Shown one piece after another: positions 25,078-36,925 of a stretch of DNA of 64,000 nucleotides. The position numbers and the translations under genes were made by a program. Source of the DNA: Squalus acanthias (taxonomy: Eukaryota); assembly GCA_030390025.1 (NCBI GenBank), contig JASTWF010000148.1, positions 62,001 to 126,000 of the forward strand. The letters are read 5' to 3'. The notes under the pieces were generated by a model. It had not been told where the DNA came from and made no database searches. It saw nothing but the letters and a program-made list of their open reading frames with translations. Position 1 is the first letter of the stretch; every line of letters starts with the position of its first letter.

Positions 25078-28000
25078 GTATGTATCTTGCCGCTTTCGTA
25101 AGGTTAGTCTGTGTGTCGGTAACAGAAGGGTGGATTAAAACTCCAGATTAAGAACAAAATATTTGCAGGTATAGCAAGAATTATGGAGACCACAGCATTA
25201 GTCACTCTCTTGTGTGACTATCGCGATTCAGGGCTTTTTGGTCCTTTTTCCACTGAAAAGATTTGGAATAAGAGCTACTTTTTATTCATTTTTTAAGAAA
25301 AAGATGTATTTACACAAGTTGAAAGCAAGCACAGAGATGAAAAACAACCAGAGGGGAGCTGAATTTTTTTAATGCAGCGAGTTGTTGTGATCTGGAATGC
25401 ATGGCCTGAAAGGCTGATGGGAGCAGATTCAATAAATAACTTTCAAAATAGATTTTAATGTTTACTTCAAAGGGAAAGATTTGCAGGGCTTTTTCGGAAG
25501 GGCAGGAGGGACTGGGACTAATTGGATAGTTCTTTCAAAGTGCCAGCACAGGCACGGCCTCCTTCTGTTCTGTATGACTCGGTGATTCTCCATGGCAACG
25601 CCGGCGGCAGGGCTGACATTTAGTGGCCGTGGTTAGTTGACCTGCTCCACAACGAAGTCGTTTGCTCGGCCACGTCAGCGGGCGTTAAAAACCAAGCACA
25701 TGATGCGGGACAGGAGCCACATGTAGACTGAGTGGTACGGCAGGTTTCCTTCCATTAACTACTTTGATGCGCCAGTTGGGTTTATACAAACATCCATCAG
25801 TTTTCACAGAGTTTTCTGACGATGGTGCAGCAATTGCCGGATTTAATAAATTCAATCGCACAATCTGCTCTGTTGACATTTAAACCCGCCACCTCTAGGT
25901 TGATGTTGGTTGAGGGATAAATATTGCCGGGGATACTGTTGAGAACTGGTGCCGTGGGACCTTTTACGTTCGCCTGAGAGGACAGACCGGGCCTCGGCTT
26001 AACGTCTCATCCGAAAGACGGGACCTCCGACAGTGCAGCGCTCCCTTAGTCCTGGCACTGGGAGTGTCGGCCCAGATTATGGGCTCAAGACTCTAGAGTG
26101 AGACTTGAACCCAGAGGCGAGAGTGCTACCGTTGAGCCAAGTGTGACACCTATTCAGTTTTCATCAAAAATCATCACCTTCTGATTATCCTGTTTTAATA
26201 GTGGGGCACTCGATCGCGGCACTGAGGCAAACGCCGGTCATAATCTCGGCGGCCGAAGGGGATGCGGTGGAACTGCGGTGCGAGACTGGCGCAACTTTGT
26301 CCGAGCGGGACTTGCTGTTCTGGTTTAAACAAGAGGCGATAGAGAGCGGCCCCCTGGTGGTGATACTCAGCAACAAGCGGAAACAGCGCACCAAGGGCAG
26401 GTATGAGCTCGTCATCCGCGACAAGAAGAAAACCTCCTTAAGAATCCAGGAAACCGAGATTAAGGACAGCGGGATTTATTACTGCGTCTCCCAGGGACAG
26501 GAGCCGGCATTAGACACGCTCATGTTCGGAGACGGGGTCAGGGTCATTGTGGAGCCCAGTAAGGATCAATACTAATATTCTCCTTTTTCATTCACTTTCT
26601 TCTTCATTCTTTCTAACGGTTTTTACTTCCTGCCCTATCTCTCCCCCACAACACCCAAACATCAACTATGTCCTGGGGATCTGATCCCATAGGTGCCAAT
26701 AGGCCGCTGGATCTTTCATCGATTGCTCGCTCTTTCATATGACCACCGGAAGGCAGGAGCAGGAGAAGGCCATTCAGCCCATCGGGCCTGTTCCGTCAAA
26801 TCATTGCTGATCTCTACCTCAACCCCATTGGACCCTATCCCTATCAATTGACAATTTCAATTGACCCCGAGCATCCTCAGCCATTTTGGGGAAGAGAATT
26901 CTCGAGAAATGTGAAGTAACACATTTTGGTAGGGAGAATGAAGAGAGACAACATAACCGAAATGATACAATTTTAAAGTTTGTTCAGGAACAGAGAGACC
27001 GTTGAAGGTGGCAGGACAAGTTGAGAATGATGTTCAAAAAGCATATGGGATCCTCAGGTTTATTAATAGATGCATAGATTACAAAAGCAAGGAAGTTATG
27101 CTGATCCTTTATAAAACACTGGAGTATTGTATTCATTTCTGGGCACAAAACTTTAGGACGATGTCAAGAACTTAGCGAGGTTGCATAAGGGAATCACTAG
27201 AATGTTACCAGGGATGAGGGACTTCAGTTATATGGAGAAACTGGAGAAACTGGGGTTGTTCTCCTTAGAGCAGAGAAGGTTAAGGGGAGATTTAATGGAG
27301 GTGTTCAAAATCATAAACGGTTTTGATAGAGTAAACAAGGAGAAACTGTTTCCAGTGGCATAAGGGTCGGTAACCAGAGGACACAGATTTAAGGTGATTG
27401 GCAAAAGAACCAGAGGCAGCGTGTCGATTTTTTTTACGCAGCGAGTTATTGTGATCTGGAATGCACTGCTTGAAAGCGTGGTGGAAGCTGATTCAATAGT
27501 AACTTTCAAAGGGGAATTCAATAAATGGTTGAAGGGAAAAATACAGGGTTATGGGGAAAGAGCAGAGGAGTGGGACTGACTGAATAGCTCTGTGAAAGAG
27601 CTGGCACAAGCACGATTGGCAGAATGGCCTCCTTCTGTGCTGCATCATTCTACGATTCTGTGATTTTCACTAACCTTTGTGTGAAAAAACTCTTTCTGAT
27701 TTCACTGTCGAACGGCCTAGCTTTAATATTAAGATTGTTCTCCTTTGTTATGGATTCCCCCATCAGAAGAAATAGTTTCTCTCTATCTATCCTATAGATT
27801 CACTTTAGTATTTTAAACACCTCAATTAAATCATCCCTCAACCTTCGAAACTCAAGGGAATCCTGTAGTCGTATTTAGCCATTTAAGCCAGAATCTCATT
27901 TCCTTTTTTTTTAATTGTCCTTTGTACCTGTATTTGGGACTTTAATAATCCGTGTATCTGGACTCCAATAAACATCTATGCGTCGGGAACAAACGTTTTT

Positions 28001-30775
28001 CTCAGTTTCTGCACTCTGTGGGAGTCTTAACCTTCTGACTTTCACCGTTATTTTTCCAAATGTGCTGCTCGTTAACCTGTCTTGTTTATTCCACCAAAAG
28101 CAGTCCTGTTGAAAATGATATTAATCCAATGGTTAAACGAACATTTATTTTGCTGTTGCTATGTCTGGCGGGTCCTGTGTAGATGTACGTTTTCGAAAGG
28201 TAGTGAAGGTTAATATATATTCTTCTATTTCTATTTTAATAGTGTACCAGACAATGACGTTATCAAATTCCAATTACAGAGCTCAGCAAACATTCCAGGA
28301 CAAAATCGCACCTCTTCTTCCCTCCAAGCGGCGCTCTGACTGAGGGCGGCGATGCAGCCGCAGTTTGCTTGGTGACGGAATTCTATCCGAAAGAAATGAC
28401 CGTGTCCATGAAGTCTTCGCCCACCGTAGTCAGGATGTTGGGGTCAGCCCCTCTGTACACGGGAGACGGCAGATACACAGCGGCTGTTTTTCTACCGATA
28501 GAAAGGTGGAGAACCGGGGATGTGATCGATTGCAAGGTGGAACATGTCACCGCGCCGTACGGGACCGCCCTGCAAACAGATTATGAAAAAGGTGCGTTTC
28601 AATATTTTATTGATCCCATGTTGCATTGGAGTTTATTTGTAACGAACAGCAGATAACAGCCGTGGCTCAGTTATTGCGCTCTTGCCTCTCAGTCTGAAAG
28701 TGATGGGTTCGAGGCCCACTCCAGAGACTTGTGCGCATAATCCAGGCTAAAACTCCGAGCGCAATACTGAGGATGAGACATTAAACCGAAGCCGCGTCTG
28801 TCCTCTCAGGTGGACATAAAAGATCCCACGCCAACCATTTAGAATAAAACCTGGGCAGTTTCCCCCGGTGTTTTGGCCAATATTTATCCCTCAGCCAGTA
28901 TCACACAAAAAAATTATCGAGTCATTTATCTTATTGCTGTTTGTGGGAGCTTGCTGTGTGCAAACTGCCTGCCGCGTTTCCTACATTACAACAGCGACTA
29001 CATTTCAAAAGTACTTCAATGGCTGTGAAGCGCTTTCTTACGTAGTGAAAGGTGCTATAAATGGAATTATTTGTTTTTAACAACCAAAGGGCACCAGGAG
29101 GAAGAAAGAAGGGTTCATATCGCACATCAACTTTTCAACTGAAGTCACTGTTTTGTTGGCAGTTGCTGCAGTCAGTGTTTCACACTTCCGGGTCCCACAA
29201 AGGGCGAGTTCTTAAGCAACCAGTTAAAATGCCTTCAGTGCGTTGAGCGAGGGGTTCTTGTTGGTCAGATATGCGGGACAACTCCCGACACCTCGAGATA
29301 CCTCTTACCCCAACCTGAACAGGCCGGCAGGGCCTCGGCTGAACCTTTCCGACAGGCGGCACCGTGGGCAATGCAGCGCTTGGCACCGTCCTGTACCGAA
29401 GTGTCAGCCTAGATCATATACTGGCACCCAGGACTGGGGGAAACCATTGAAGTTCATCCAGGAGACGGAATACAGCGCCGTGAAAGTGCAAGTCTTTCTA
29501 TCTCTGGTGAATGTCGATATGTTCTTCTTTGATTTCTCAGCAAGTTGTGAATCGTGTCAATATTTTATGCATTTCTGTTTAGGGCCGGAGGTGCAGAACT
29601 GTTCAGAGAAGATCCCTCGGAATCAATCCATCGATTCGCGAACCGAGAGAATGCGACAGACCGCGGGTGCGTTCAGGTCTTTATTGACTATAAAATGAAT
29701 AAATTGTCGGATTGAATATTTCGTCCCACGGGTAATAGCGGATCTCTAACTATATCGAATGAGTTGGTTATCACGTCCCAATCCAGGGATTTCAGCACAA
29801 GGCCTACTGAGGGAGCGCTGCACCGTCGCTGCACCGTCTTTCGGATGAGACGTTAAACCGAGGCCTTGTCTACGCTCTGCGGATGTAAAATATCCCATGG
29901 CACTATTTCGAAAAAGATCAAGGGTGTTCTCCCCGGTGTCCTGGGCCAATATTAAGACATGAACCACCAGTTAAAAGCAGAATATCTGATCATTAACTTA
30001 TTACTGTGAGTGAGATCCTGCAGAGCGCAAATTGTCTGGTGCGTTTCCCTACATTACAACAGTGACTACACTTCAAATCTCTTTCTTTCAGCATTCTACT
30101 TTTATTTATTGTGCCTTCCTGCATTGTAATAATCCGAGGCGTTGAGGAGCTTAAACATTCAAATTTCCTTGTACCCGCCCCCACTTATTGTCAAGAAATT
30201 AATGGAACGTGCTTTGCAAATAATCTATCTGGAAACACAAACAGCATATACGGATTTCTATACATAGAAGGGAACAAATGCATGTAGGTACGAAACACAC
30301 ACTGACAAGCACACAGACATACGCACAGGCACAACTACTCACAAATAAATGACACACATACCCACACACACATAAAACACACAGATAGATACACACACAC
30401 ACAGAAAGACACATACACACAGATAACCGACATACACACATACACATAGAAAACAGACACACATATGCACACAGACACACACATACACATATATAAACAC
30501 ACACAGACACAGATACAAATACACACGCACAAATACACAGACGGATAGACACACGTGTAAATATATGCGATTGTGTTGAGTCTTTTTGAAAATAACATTC
30601 TGTTGATACGTTGTCAATTCAATATTGGGTGACGTTGTTTTATTCTCACTGTGCTATCTCCCGCGAGGCAGGGTTGACTTAAATGGGATTGTGCCTGCTC
30701 TTCATCAGATTGCTCTTGGTCAAGACACTCGTCATCAGTGTGCTCATGACTGCACGTGTGTGGCACTTAAGATAA
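25032..30775 (+). CDS. Five-exon germline-joined TCR-delta-like gene (L, VJ, C1, hinge, TM); exons 25032-25077, 26202-26558, 28280-28591, 29583-29666, 30668/30672-30775
   Basis: All introns are GT-AG and phase 1. Exons 1-4 splice into one open frame (799 nt). Domain order and motifs match a TCR alpha/delta chain. No RSS next to the V and no J array between VJ and C. TM exon has a 1-nt lesion as assembled. Confidence 0.88.
25900..26150 (-). mobile_element. Deu-domain (SacSINE1-like) SINE in intron 1
   Basis: Core TTTCGGATGAGACGTTAAxCCGAGG; related copies at ~24420-24730, 28658-29060, 29790-30075, 33270-33625. Confidence 0.7.
26202..26558 (+). CDS. Exon 2: pre-joined V-(D)-J Ig V-set domain
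   Basis: Acceptor ttttaatag. Encodes ...EGDAVELRC...LLFWFKQ...GRY...DSGIYYC-VSQGQEPALDTLM-FGDGVRVIVEP, then A|GTAAGG donor. FGxG motif and VEP ending resemble TRDJ (DKLIFGKGTRVTVEP). No heptamer after YYC. Confidence 0.93.
26905..27665 (+). mobile_element. CR1/HER1 3' fragment in the VJ-C intron
   Basis: EQRRLRGDLMEVFK, FFTQRV. Confidence 0.87.
28280..28591 (+). CDS. Exon 3: C1-set constant domain, TCR-delta-like
   Basis: ttacag acceptor. KLSKHSRTKSHLFFPPSGALTEGGDAAAVCLVTEFYPKEMTVSM...GRYTAAVF...IDCKVEH...QTDYEK, donor G|GTGCGT. Parallels TRDC motifs (ACLVKEFYPKDI, GKYNAV, TCSVQH, STDFE) and lacks the C-strand Trp, as TRAC/TRDC do. Confidence 0.9.
28658..29060 (+). mobile_element. Deu-domain SINE in intron 3
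   Basis: tRNA-like head AGCCGTGGCTCAGTT...GGGTTCGAGGCCC plus Deu core. Confidence 0.72.
29583..29666 (+). CDS. Exon 4: connecting peptide/hinge with interchain Cys
   Basis: ttctgtttag acceptor. GPEVQNCSEKIPRNQSIDSRTERMRQTA, donor G|GTGCGT, phase 1. Single Cys; N-glycosylation sequons NCS and NQS. Confidence 0.78.
30290..30560. repeat. Degenerate (CA)n microsatellite
   Basis: CA/ACAC-rich low complexity. Confidence 0.85.
30668..30775 (+). CDS. Exon 5: TCR alpha/delta-type transmembrane/cytoplasmic exon (disrupted at its 5' end as assembled)
   Basis: 30683-30775 encodes MGLCLLFIRLLLVKTLVISVLMTARVWHLR*, with the CD3-binding R-x4-K and LMTxRxW tail of TRAC/TRDC. TAA at 30680-30682 is in frame from the CAG acceptor; from the GAG acceptor the frame is +1 out. 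Confidence 0.82.
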
Positions 30776-33674
30776 AATTGTTTGAAATGCACAGATGAGT
30801 CGGTCTTGGGAGAGCTGAGATTAAGTGAGGTACTTCTAAATGATTGCACGCTCATAGCACTCGGATACAAACTAACCATGATATCTGAAACTTTGAATTG
30901 CAACACTCTTCAAGTGACATACACAATGGGAATTGGAAATCAATAGCACTGCTGAATTCTACATACCCAAATGAGTGCATTTTGCGAAAGTTTAGAGGAA
31001 TCTACTCTGTCTTCCAAAAATTTCTGAACCCGATGTTTGAGTCTCTAATGGCACGCTGTAAATTGAAATTTACATTGCATTTAACCCACGCAATACCTGA
31101 CATCAGTGATTTTGGTGTGACAGCGTAGTGGGAGCTTCACCCTGCATCTGACCGGTGTTGTATGGGACATGATGTGGCTCTGTGAGTGTAGACGGCGCGT
31201 TACACTTCACTTAAAGCAAATGATATCTGACGTGGAATCGCTGGAGAGAGAGAAAGAAAGATAGAGAGATAGAGAAAGAGACACAGACACACGCAGAGAG
31301 ACAGACACAAACAGAGAGAGAGGAGAGACAGAAACAGAGGGAGAGAAAGAGTGAGATAGCGAAAGGGACGGAGAGAAAGAGAGAATGGGAAAATTCAATA
31401 TTCACGTATAACCCAAAAACCATTATTAACGCTCCAAACATCTTGATTTTGCACTTACTCCGATTTCCTTTGATCCTTCTCCAGAACGGCATGACCGGAC
31501 TTTCAGAAACAGGAGTCTCAGGGTGGTACAACCGGCAGAAAGCACATTGTGTTTTAACCTTTGTCAGAATAAATAGTTTTAATTACAGCCGAACAGTTTT
31601 GAGTTTTCCACAGTCACTTTTCTGTCGAACGCCCTTATTATTTCCCGCACCGCAGTATTTGTGAACCGCCTGTGAGTTTAGTCTTTAAAGGCAGAGATTT
31701 CTGCTCGTGTTTGTGCACTGACTGCCGCACTGTGAATGTTGCTTTGCTTCACTTCGTGTGTGTTGAAATTCTTTAGATTTTAATAATGTTAAACGTCTTA
31801 TCAGATAGCTTGGAAAAAAGCTTTCAAAATTAAGGTGATCTTTTGTTCTGTTGCGTTCCGTTAGATTCCTGTTTTCTCTCCTTATTTTGGTCAGAAGTAT
31901 TTCTACTCAATTTACATGTATTTGTGGAATTTATCAAACAAAGTATTTTATCTACCTCTCTTTGTCTAACTTATTTCTATTCCGGTTCCCACATGTAATG
32001 TCCCTGCAGATTACTAAAGTCCTATCCCAGTAACTGTAACTACTGATGTTTCGCATTATATCGCTGTGTCAACGATGCGAAAATGACCACAACCTGCACC
32101 AACCAGTTTAATTTAAACATCCAGTACAATTGGGAGAACTTTAGCACTAGGACGACGGGATAAGAGTTATTGATGCTTCACTGAAAGTGTCAGCGAGAAT
32201 TGATTAAGGGCCCCCCGCTGCTAAATTCTGCATTAACGTGAAAGCAAACGCGCTAAATTTATCAGAAAATATGTGAATACACTGTAAAAAGAGTCACCCC
32301 GGAAAAAGAAATCAACGTTGAGGTTGAAGGTTAATAACTGATACAAAATTGTTGAAAATTATTTTATTTACTTCAGAGGTTTCCCTTCTATTGAACCTGA
32401 CGATAGTGTCCAGGGTCGAATTAATGGTATAAATAACTGAAAATTACTGAATTGAGCAGCAGGTCCATCAGCGAATCTTAAAAGCTCTTGGTCGCTGAGA
32501 TCTCCCAGTAAAGCGTTGACCTCTCCTTCACTATCAGATGTTGACTTTCTCTTACATTTCAAGCGCTTTCTGGTTGAATGTAATATTTCCAGGATTGCTA
32601 TCCTCTCTGGGTTTTTTTTTACTGTTATTACCGCTTTACAACACCCCTTCTCCCACTCTCTCACACACACAGCACAAAAGGGTTACAGAAAAATGAAAAT
32701 AATTGATACTATCGAAGATTATACTGCCAAATTACACTTGCTGCCATCAGCACTCGATGGAAACCGTTGCTCAGGGTTACCAACCGCAAGAGGAATTCGG
32801 TTGAACTCACACATTTCATTATGAAATGTTTTTATGTCAGTTCAACTGTCATCCTGCGGTCTTCGAGTTTTTTTTGCCAAAAAACGAGGTCATCAAAAGC
32901 CCTGTTTTGCAGGATTTGGGTAAAGAGAGAATTGAACAGTGAGATTGTGCGGCTTAATGAAGCTAAATTAACTGAAATGGAGCGGCTCTGGGTTCAGCCT
33001 ATGTTGCACGCTCAGCAGCCGAGAGCCTTTAAGGGTCTGGGCTCAAGTACTGTTCGCAGATTGTTGCAAAGAGCTTCCAATCCGCTGGCTTGAAAGGTGC
33101 AGTGCCCCATTGGCCAGGCGCGAGGCCTTGTCAAATAATTGACAACATATGGGAGAGTCTGGAAGTGAGACCGCCCCGGGAGTTGCGATATTTTACATGC
33201 TATATTTATGAACAATCATAGATAGGAAAGGTCCATCCAGCCTGTCCCACACATTGTAAAGTGCCATTGAAGTAACTTTGAAGTGTCGTCACTGTTGAAA
33301 CGCGGCAGACAAAATGTGCACAACAAGCTTCCACAAATGTGATAATCTGATTTGAGTGATGTTGGTTTAGGGATAAATATTGGCCCAGGACACCGGGGTG
33401 AAGTCCGCTGCTATACTTCGAAATAATTCCGTGGGATCTTTTACATCCACCTGAAAGGGCAGGCAGGACCTCCCTTTAACGTCTCACACGAAAGACAGCA
33501 CCTCTGAGAGTGCAGCGCTCCCTCAGTACAGCGCTGGGAGTGTCAGCCTTGATTCTCTGGAGCTGGACTTGAACCCATGTCTTCCCACTCAGTGGCGAGA
33601 ATGCCGCTGAACCACTGCTGACACTTACAGACAAGGGTGTGTTCCCTTGAACTGGGGGCACCATCTGCCGCAGA

Positions 33675-33713
33675 GGTTTTTGTACAGTGACAGATGAGTT
33701 TTAAAACACTGTG
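33675..33713 (-). other. 23-RSS
   Basis: CACAGTG - 23 nt - ACAAAAACC (perfect consensus). Confidence 0.95.
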
Positions 33714-34160
33714 ATTCTCAGCCCGCAGTAATATATGGCGGTGTCCTGGATTTCCGCTCGAGTGATCGTTAAAGGAAACTTCTTTTCTGCGTTGGTCTGG
33801 TCGGCCTCGAATCTTCCCTTGGCAAAATCCGCATCCTTTTTCCGGCTGTTATCCCGGTACAAAATAAATCGCGGAGCCCGGTTCGTGTGCTGCTGGTACC
33901 AGTACAGATCGGGGTTACTGTCGCTTGTTTTGTAACTACAGTCTATTTTCACAGCATCTCCTTCAGTGACATACAGCGCGGTCTGAGGTTGTGACACCGA
34001 ATCTGCCTGAACCTCCCCTGAAATAAAAGTGAAATTTGAATACAATACTGAGTTAGAAAGTCTATTAACATCACATTAGTGCAAACAGACACAAGGCCTG
34101 GCCATACCTACCGAACACCAGGCACAATATAATGAGGTGACGGTACGACATGGTCTCCAT
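33714..34160 (-). CDS. TRAV: TCR alpha/delta V segment, intact (leader 34160-34112, V exon 34017-33714)
   Basis: Leader METMSYRHLIILCLVF|GTAGGT; DSVSQ, EGDAVKIDC, LYWYQQ, GRF, DTAIYYCGLR. Confidence 0.93.
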
Positions 34161-34419
34161 TGTATCTTCACCAACAATCCCTTGGATTAGCAGTTCTATT
34201 TACTGTTGCAATAAATTATACTGAGTAAAGTGAGTAAGTGTTCGACAGGAAGGGATAACAGAAGGTGAGAGGTATCTCGTGCAATTCTGTTTCTGGTAAA
34301 AGTAACGAATTCAATAATTGGGTAACAGTATTTCAACATCTCGTCAGATATAGTTTATCTACTTCCTACCACGTCATACGACCGCAACACTCAGAATGTC
34401 GCTCAGTAGATTAAAGGAG

Positions 34420-36925
34420 GAGAGGCACTGATTAGGGGAAATGGTACAGGTTGAGGAGTAGCATTAGTGATTAAGGATGAAATAACTTCAATGATAAGGG
34501 AGGATATAACGAGAGGTAAGCAGGCAGTGGAGACTAATGGGTAGAATTAAGAAATAAAAATGGATTTAAGGCTGTAGTGGGAGTTGTGTATAGCCCCCAC
34601 CCCCCACCCCCAGTTGAAGCTGTGAAGTGGTAGAATGTATAAATGCAGAGCTTAGACAAACATGTAGCGAAGACAGAGTGGTTTTAATGGGGGATTTGAA
34701 CTTTCATATAGATGGGGATAAGCAGACTAGCTCATGTCAGAAAGGTAGTGAATTTTTTGACTGTGTTCAGGATAGTTTTCTGCAATAGTATTTCCTAGAA
34801 CCAACAAGGGGGCAGGCCATATTAGCTTTAGCAATGAGCAATGAACCAGCCTAATGGTGCATGAACATTTATCTAATAGCGATCATAATATTATCGCGTT
34901 CATCGTAGTGTTTGAATGGAAGAAACGTGAAACAGCTACTAAGATTGTAGATTTATGTAACGCTGACTTCAATGCAATGAAACAGAGACTGTCCACAGTA
35001 AACTGGAAAAACTCTATTAATGGGTGAAACGACAGAAGATCAGTGGGAGTTGTTTCAAAAAGAATTTACTGCGAAACAAAATAAGTTTATACCTCTAAGG
35101 GGCAAAAGTTCTACTTGCCAAAAACCAGCCATGGACGACTAATGAGGTTAGGGACAACATAAAACTAGAAGAAAGGGCATACACAAAAACTAGAACAAGC
35201 ACAGATCCTGGAGACTGGAAGAGATACAAAGAACAACAAAATGTGACAAGCAGATAGAAAGAGCTATAAATAAAAGGAAGTATGAAAATAAACCTGCAAG
35301 AGATATAAAAATCAACACAATTTTTTCTTCAATTATATCATAAGAAAATGATGGCACTAAAGAGTGACAAATCCCTAGGACTAGATGGTTTCCAAGTCAG
35401 GGGTTTAAAGGAAGTAGATGAGAACATTGCAGATGCCCCAACTATAATCTTCCAAAGTTTTCTCGATTCGGGAACCGTTTCTTTAGATTCGAAAATTGTT
35501 GCATATCACTCCGCTATTTCAGAAAGGTGGGAGAGGGAAACCAGGGAATTATAGACCAGTTAGCATAACATCTGTTGCCGGAAAATTATTGGAGTCTATA
35601 ATTAAGGATAGAGTGACTGAACACCTTGAAAAATTTTCAGCTGATCAGAGAGAACCAACATGGATTTATAAAGGGTAGGTCATGCCCGACGAATCTGATG
35701 AATTTTTTAGGCGGTGACTAAATTAATGGACAGGCAATGTCTATGGATGTTATTTATATGGACTTCCAGAAGGCATTTAATAAACTCCGTCATAAGAGAC
35801 TGTTAGTTAAAGTTGAAGCTCATGGAATTGAAGGTAAATTATGACCTGGTTAGGGAATTGGCTGAGCGGCAGGAGACAGAGAGTGGGGCTAATAGGCAGG
35901 TACGTTAATTGGCAGAATGTGACGAGTGGTGTCTCGCAAGGATCACTTGGCATCTCAACTATTCACCGTATTTATTAACGACTTCGATAATGCGATCGAT
36001 AGAAAACCACAATTTTGCCAATAACACAAAGATAGCCGCTATTGTAAGCAGTGCAGATGGAAGCATAAAATTACAAGGAGATATTTATAGCTTGAGCGAA
36101 TGGATAAAACTGTGGCAAATGCATTTCAAAGTGGGAAAATGTGAGGTCGTCCACTTTGGACCTGAAACGGACAGAACGGAGTAGTTTATAAATTGTGAAA
36201 AGCTAGCAACAGTGCGGGTCCAAAGACATTTGGGGGTCCATGTGCATAGATCATTAAAATGTCATGAACAGGTACAGGAAATAAACAAAAGTCTAATGGA
36301 ATGCTGGCCTATATATCTAGAGGATTAGAAAATAAGTGGGTAGAAGTTATACTACAGCTGTACAAAACCCTGGTTAGGCCATACCTGGAGTATTGTGTTC
36401 TGGGCACCACACCTTAGGAAGGATATATTGGCCTTGGAGGGAGTGCAGCGCAGGTTTACCAGAATGATACCCAGACTCCAAGGGTTAAATTACGGTGAGA
36501 GATTGCACAAACTAGGGCTGTACTCCCTGTAATTTATAAGGTTAAGGGGTGATTTGATTAAAGTTTTCAAGATATTTAGGGGAACTGATGGGTGGATAGA
36601 AATAAATTATTTCCGCTGGGTGGGGAATCTAGGACTAGGAGACAAAATATAAAAGTTAGAGCCAGGCCGTTCAGGAGTGCAGTTAGGAAGCACTTCTAAT
36701 CACAAAGTTCGGCAGAAGTTTGTTACTCTCTTCCGCAAATGGCAATTGATGGTAGGTTAATTATTAATTTTAAACATGAGATTCATTGATGTTTGTTAAC
36801 GAAAGGTATTAAGGGATATGGGGCAAAGGCGGGTATATGGAGTTAGGTCACAGATCAGCCATGATCTCATTGAATGGCGAAACAGGCTCGAGAGGCTAAA
36901 TGACCTACACCTGTTCCGATGTTCC
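34420..36925 (+). mobile_element. Old CR1 ORF2 (endonuclease + RT), internally deleted
   Basis: GDLN, SDHN, NYRPVS, MDFQKAF motifs with many stops; CR1 3' tail. Confidence 0.85.

Noticed and set aside
30199-30617. Cys/Val-rich ORFs
   Set aside because: Translations of a CA microsatellite
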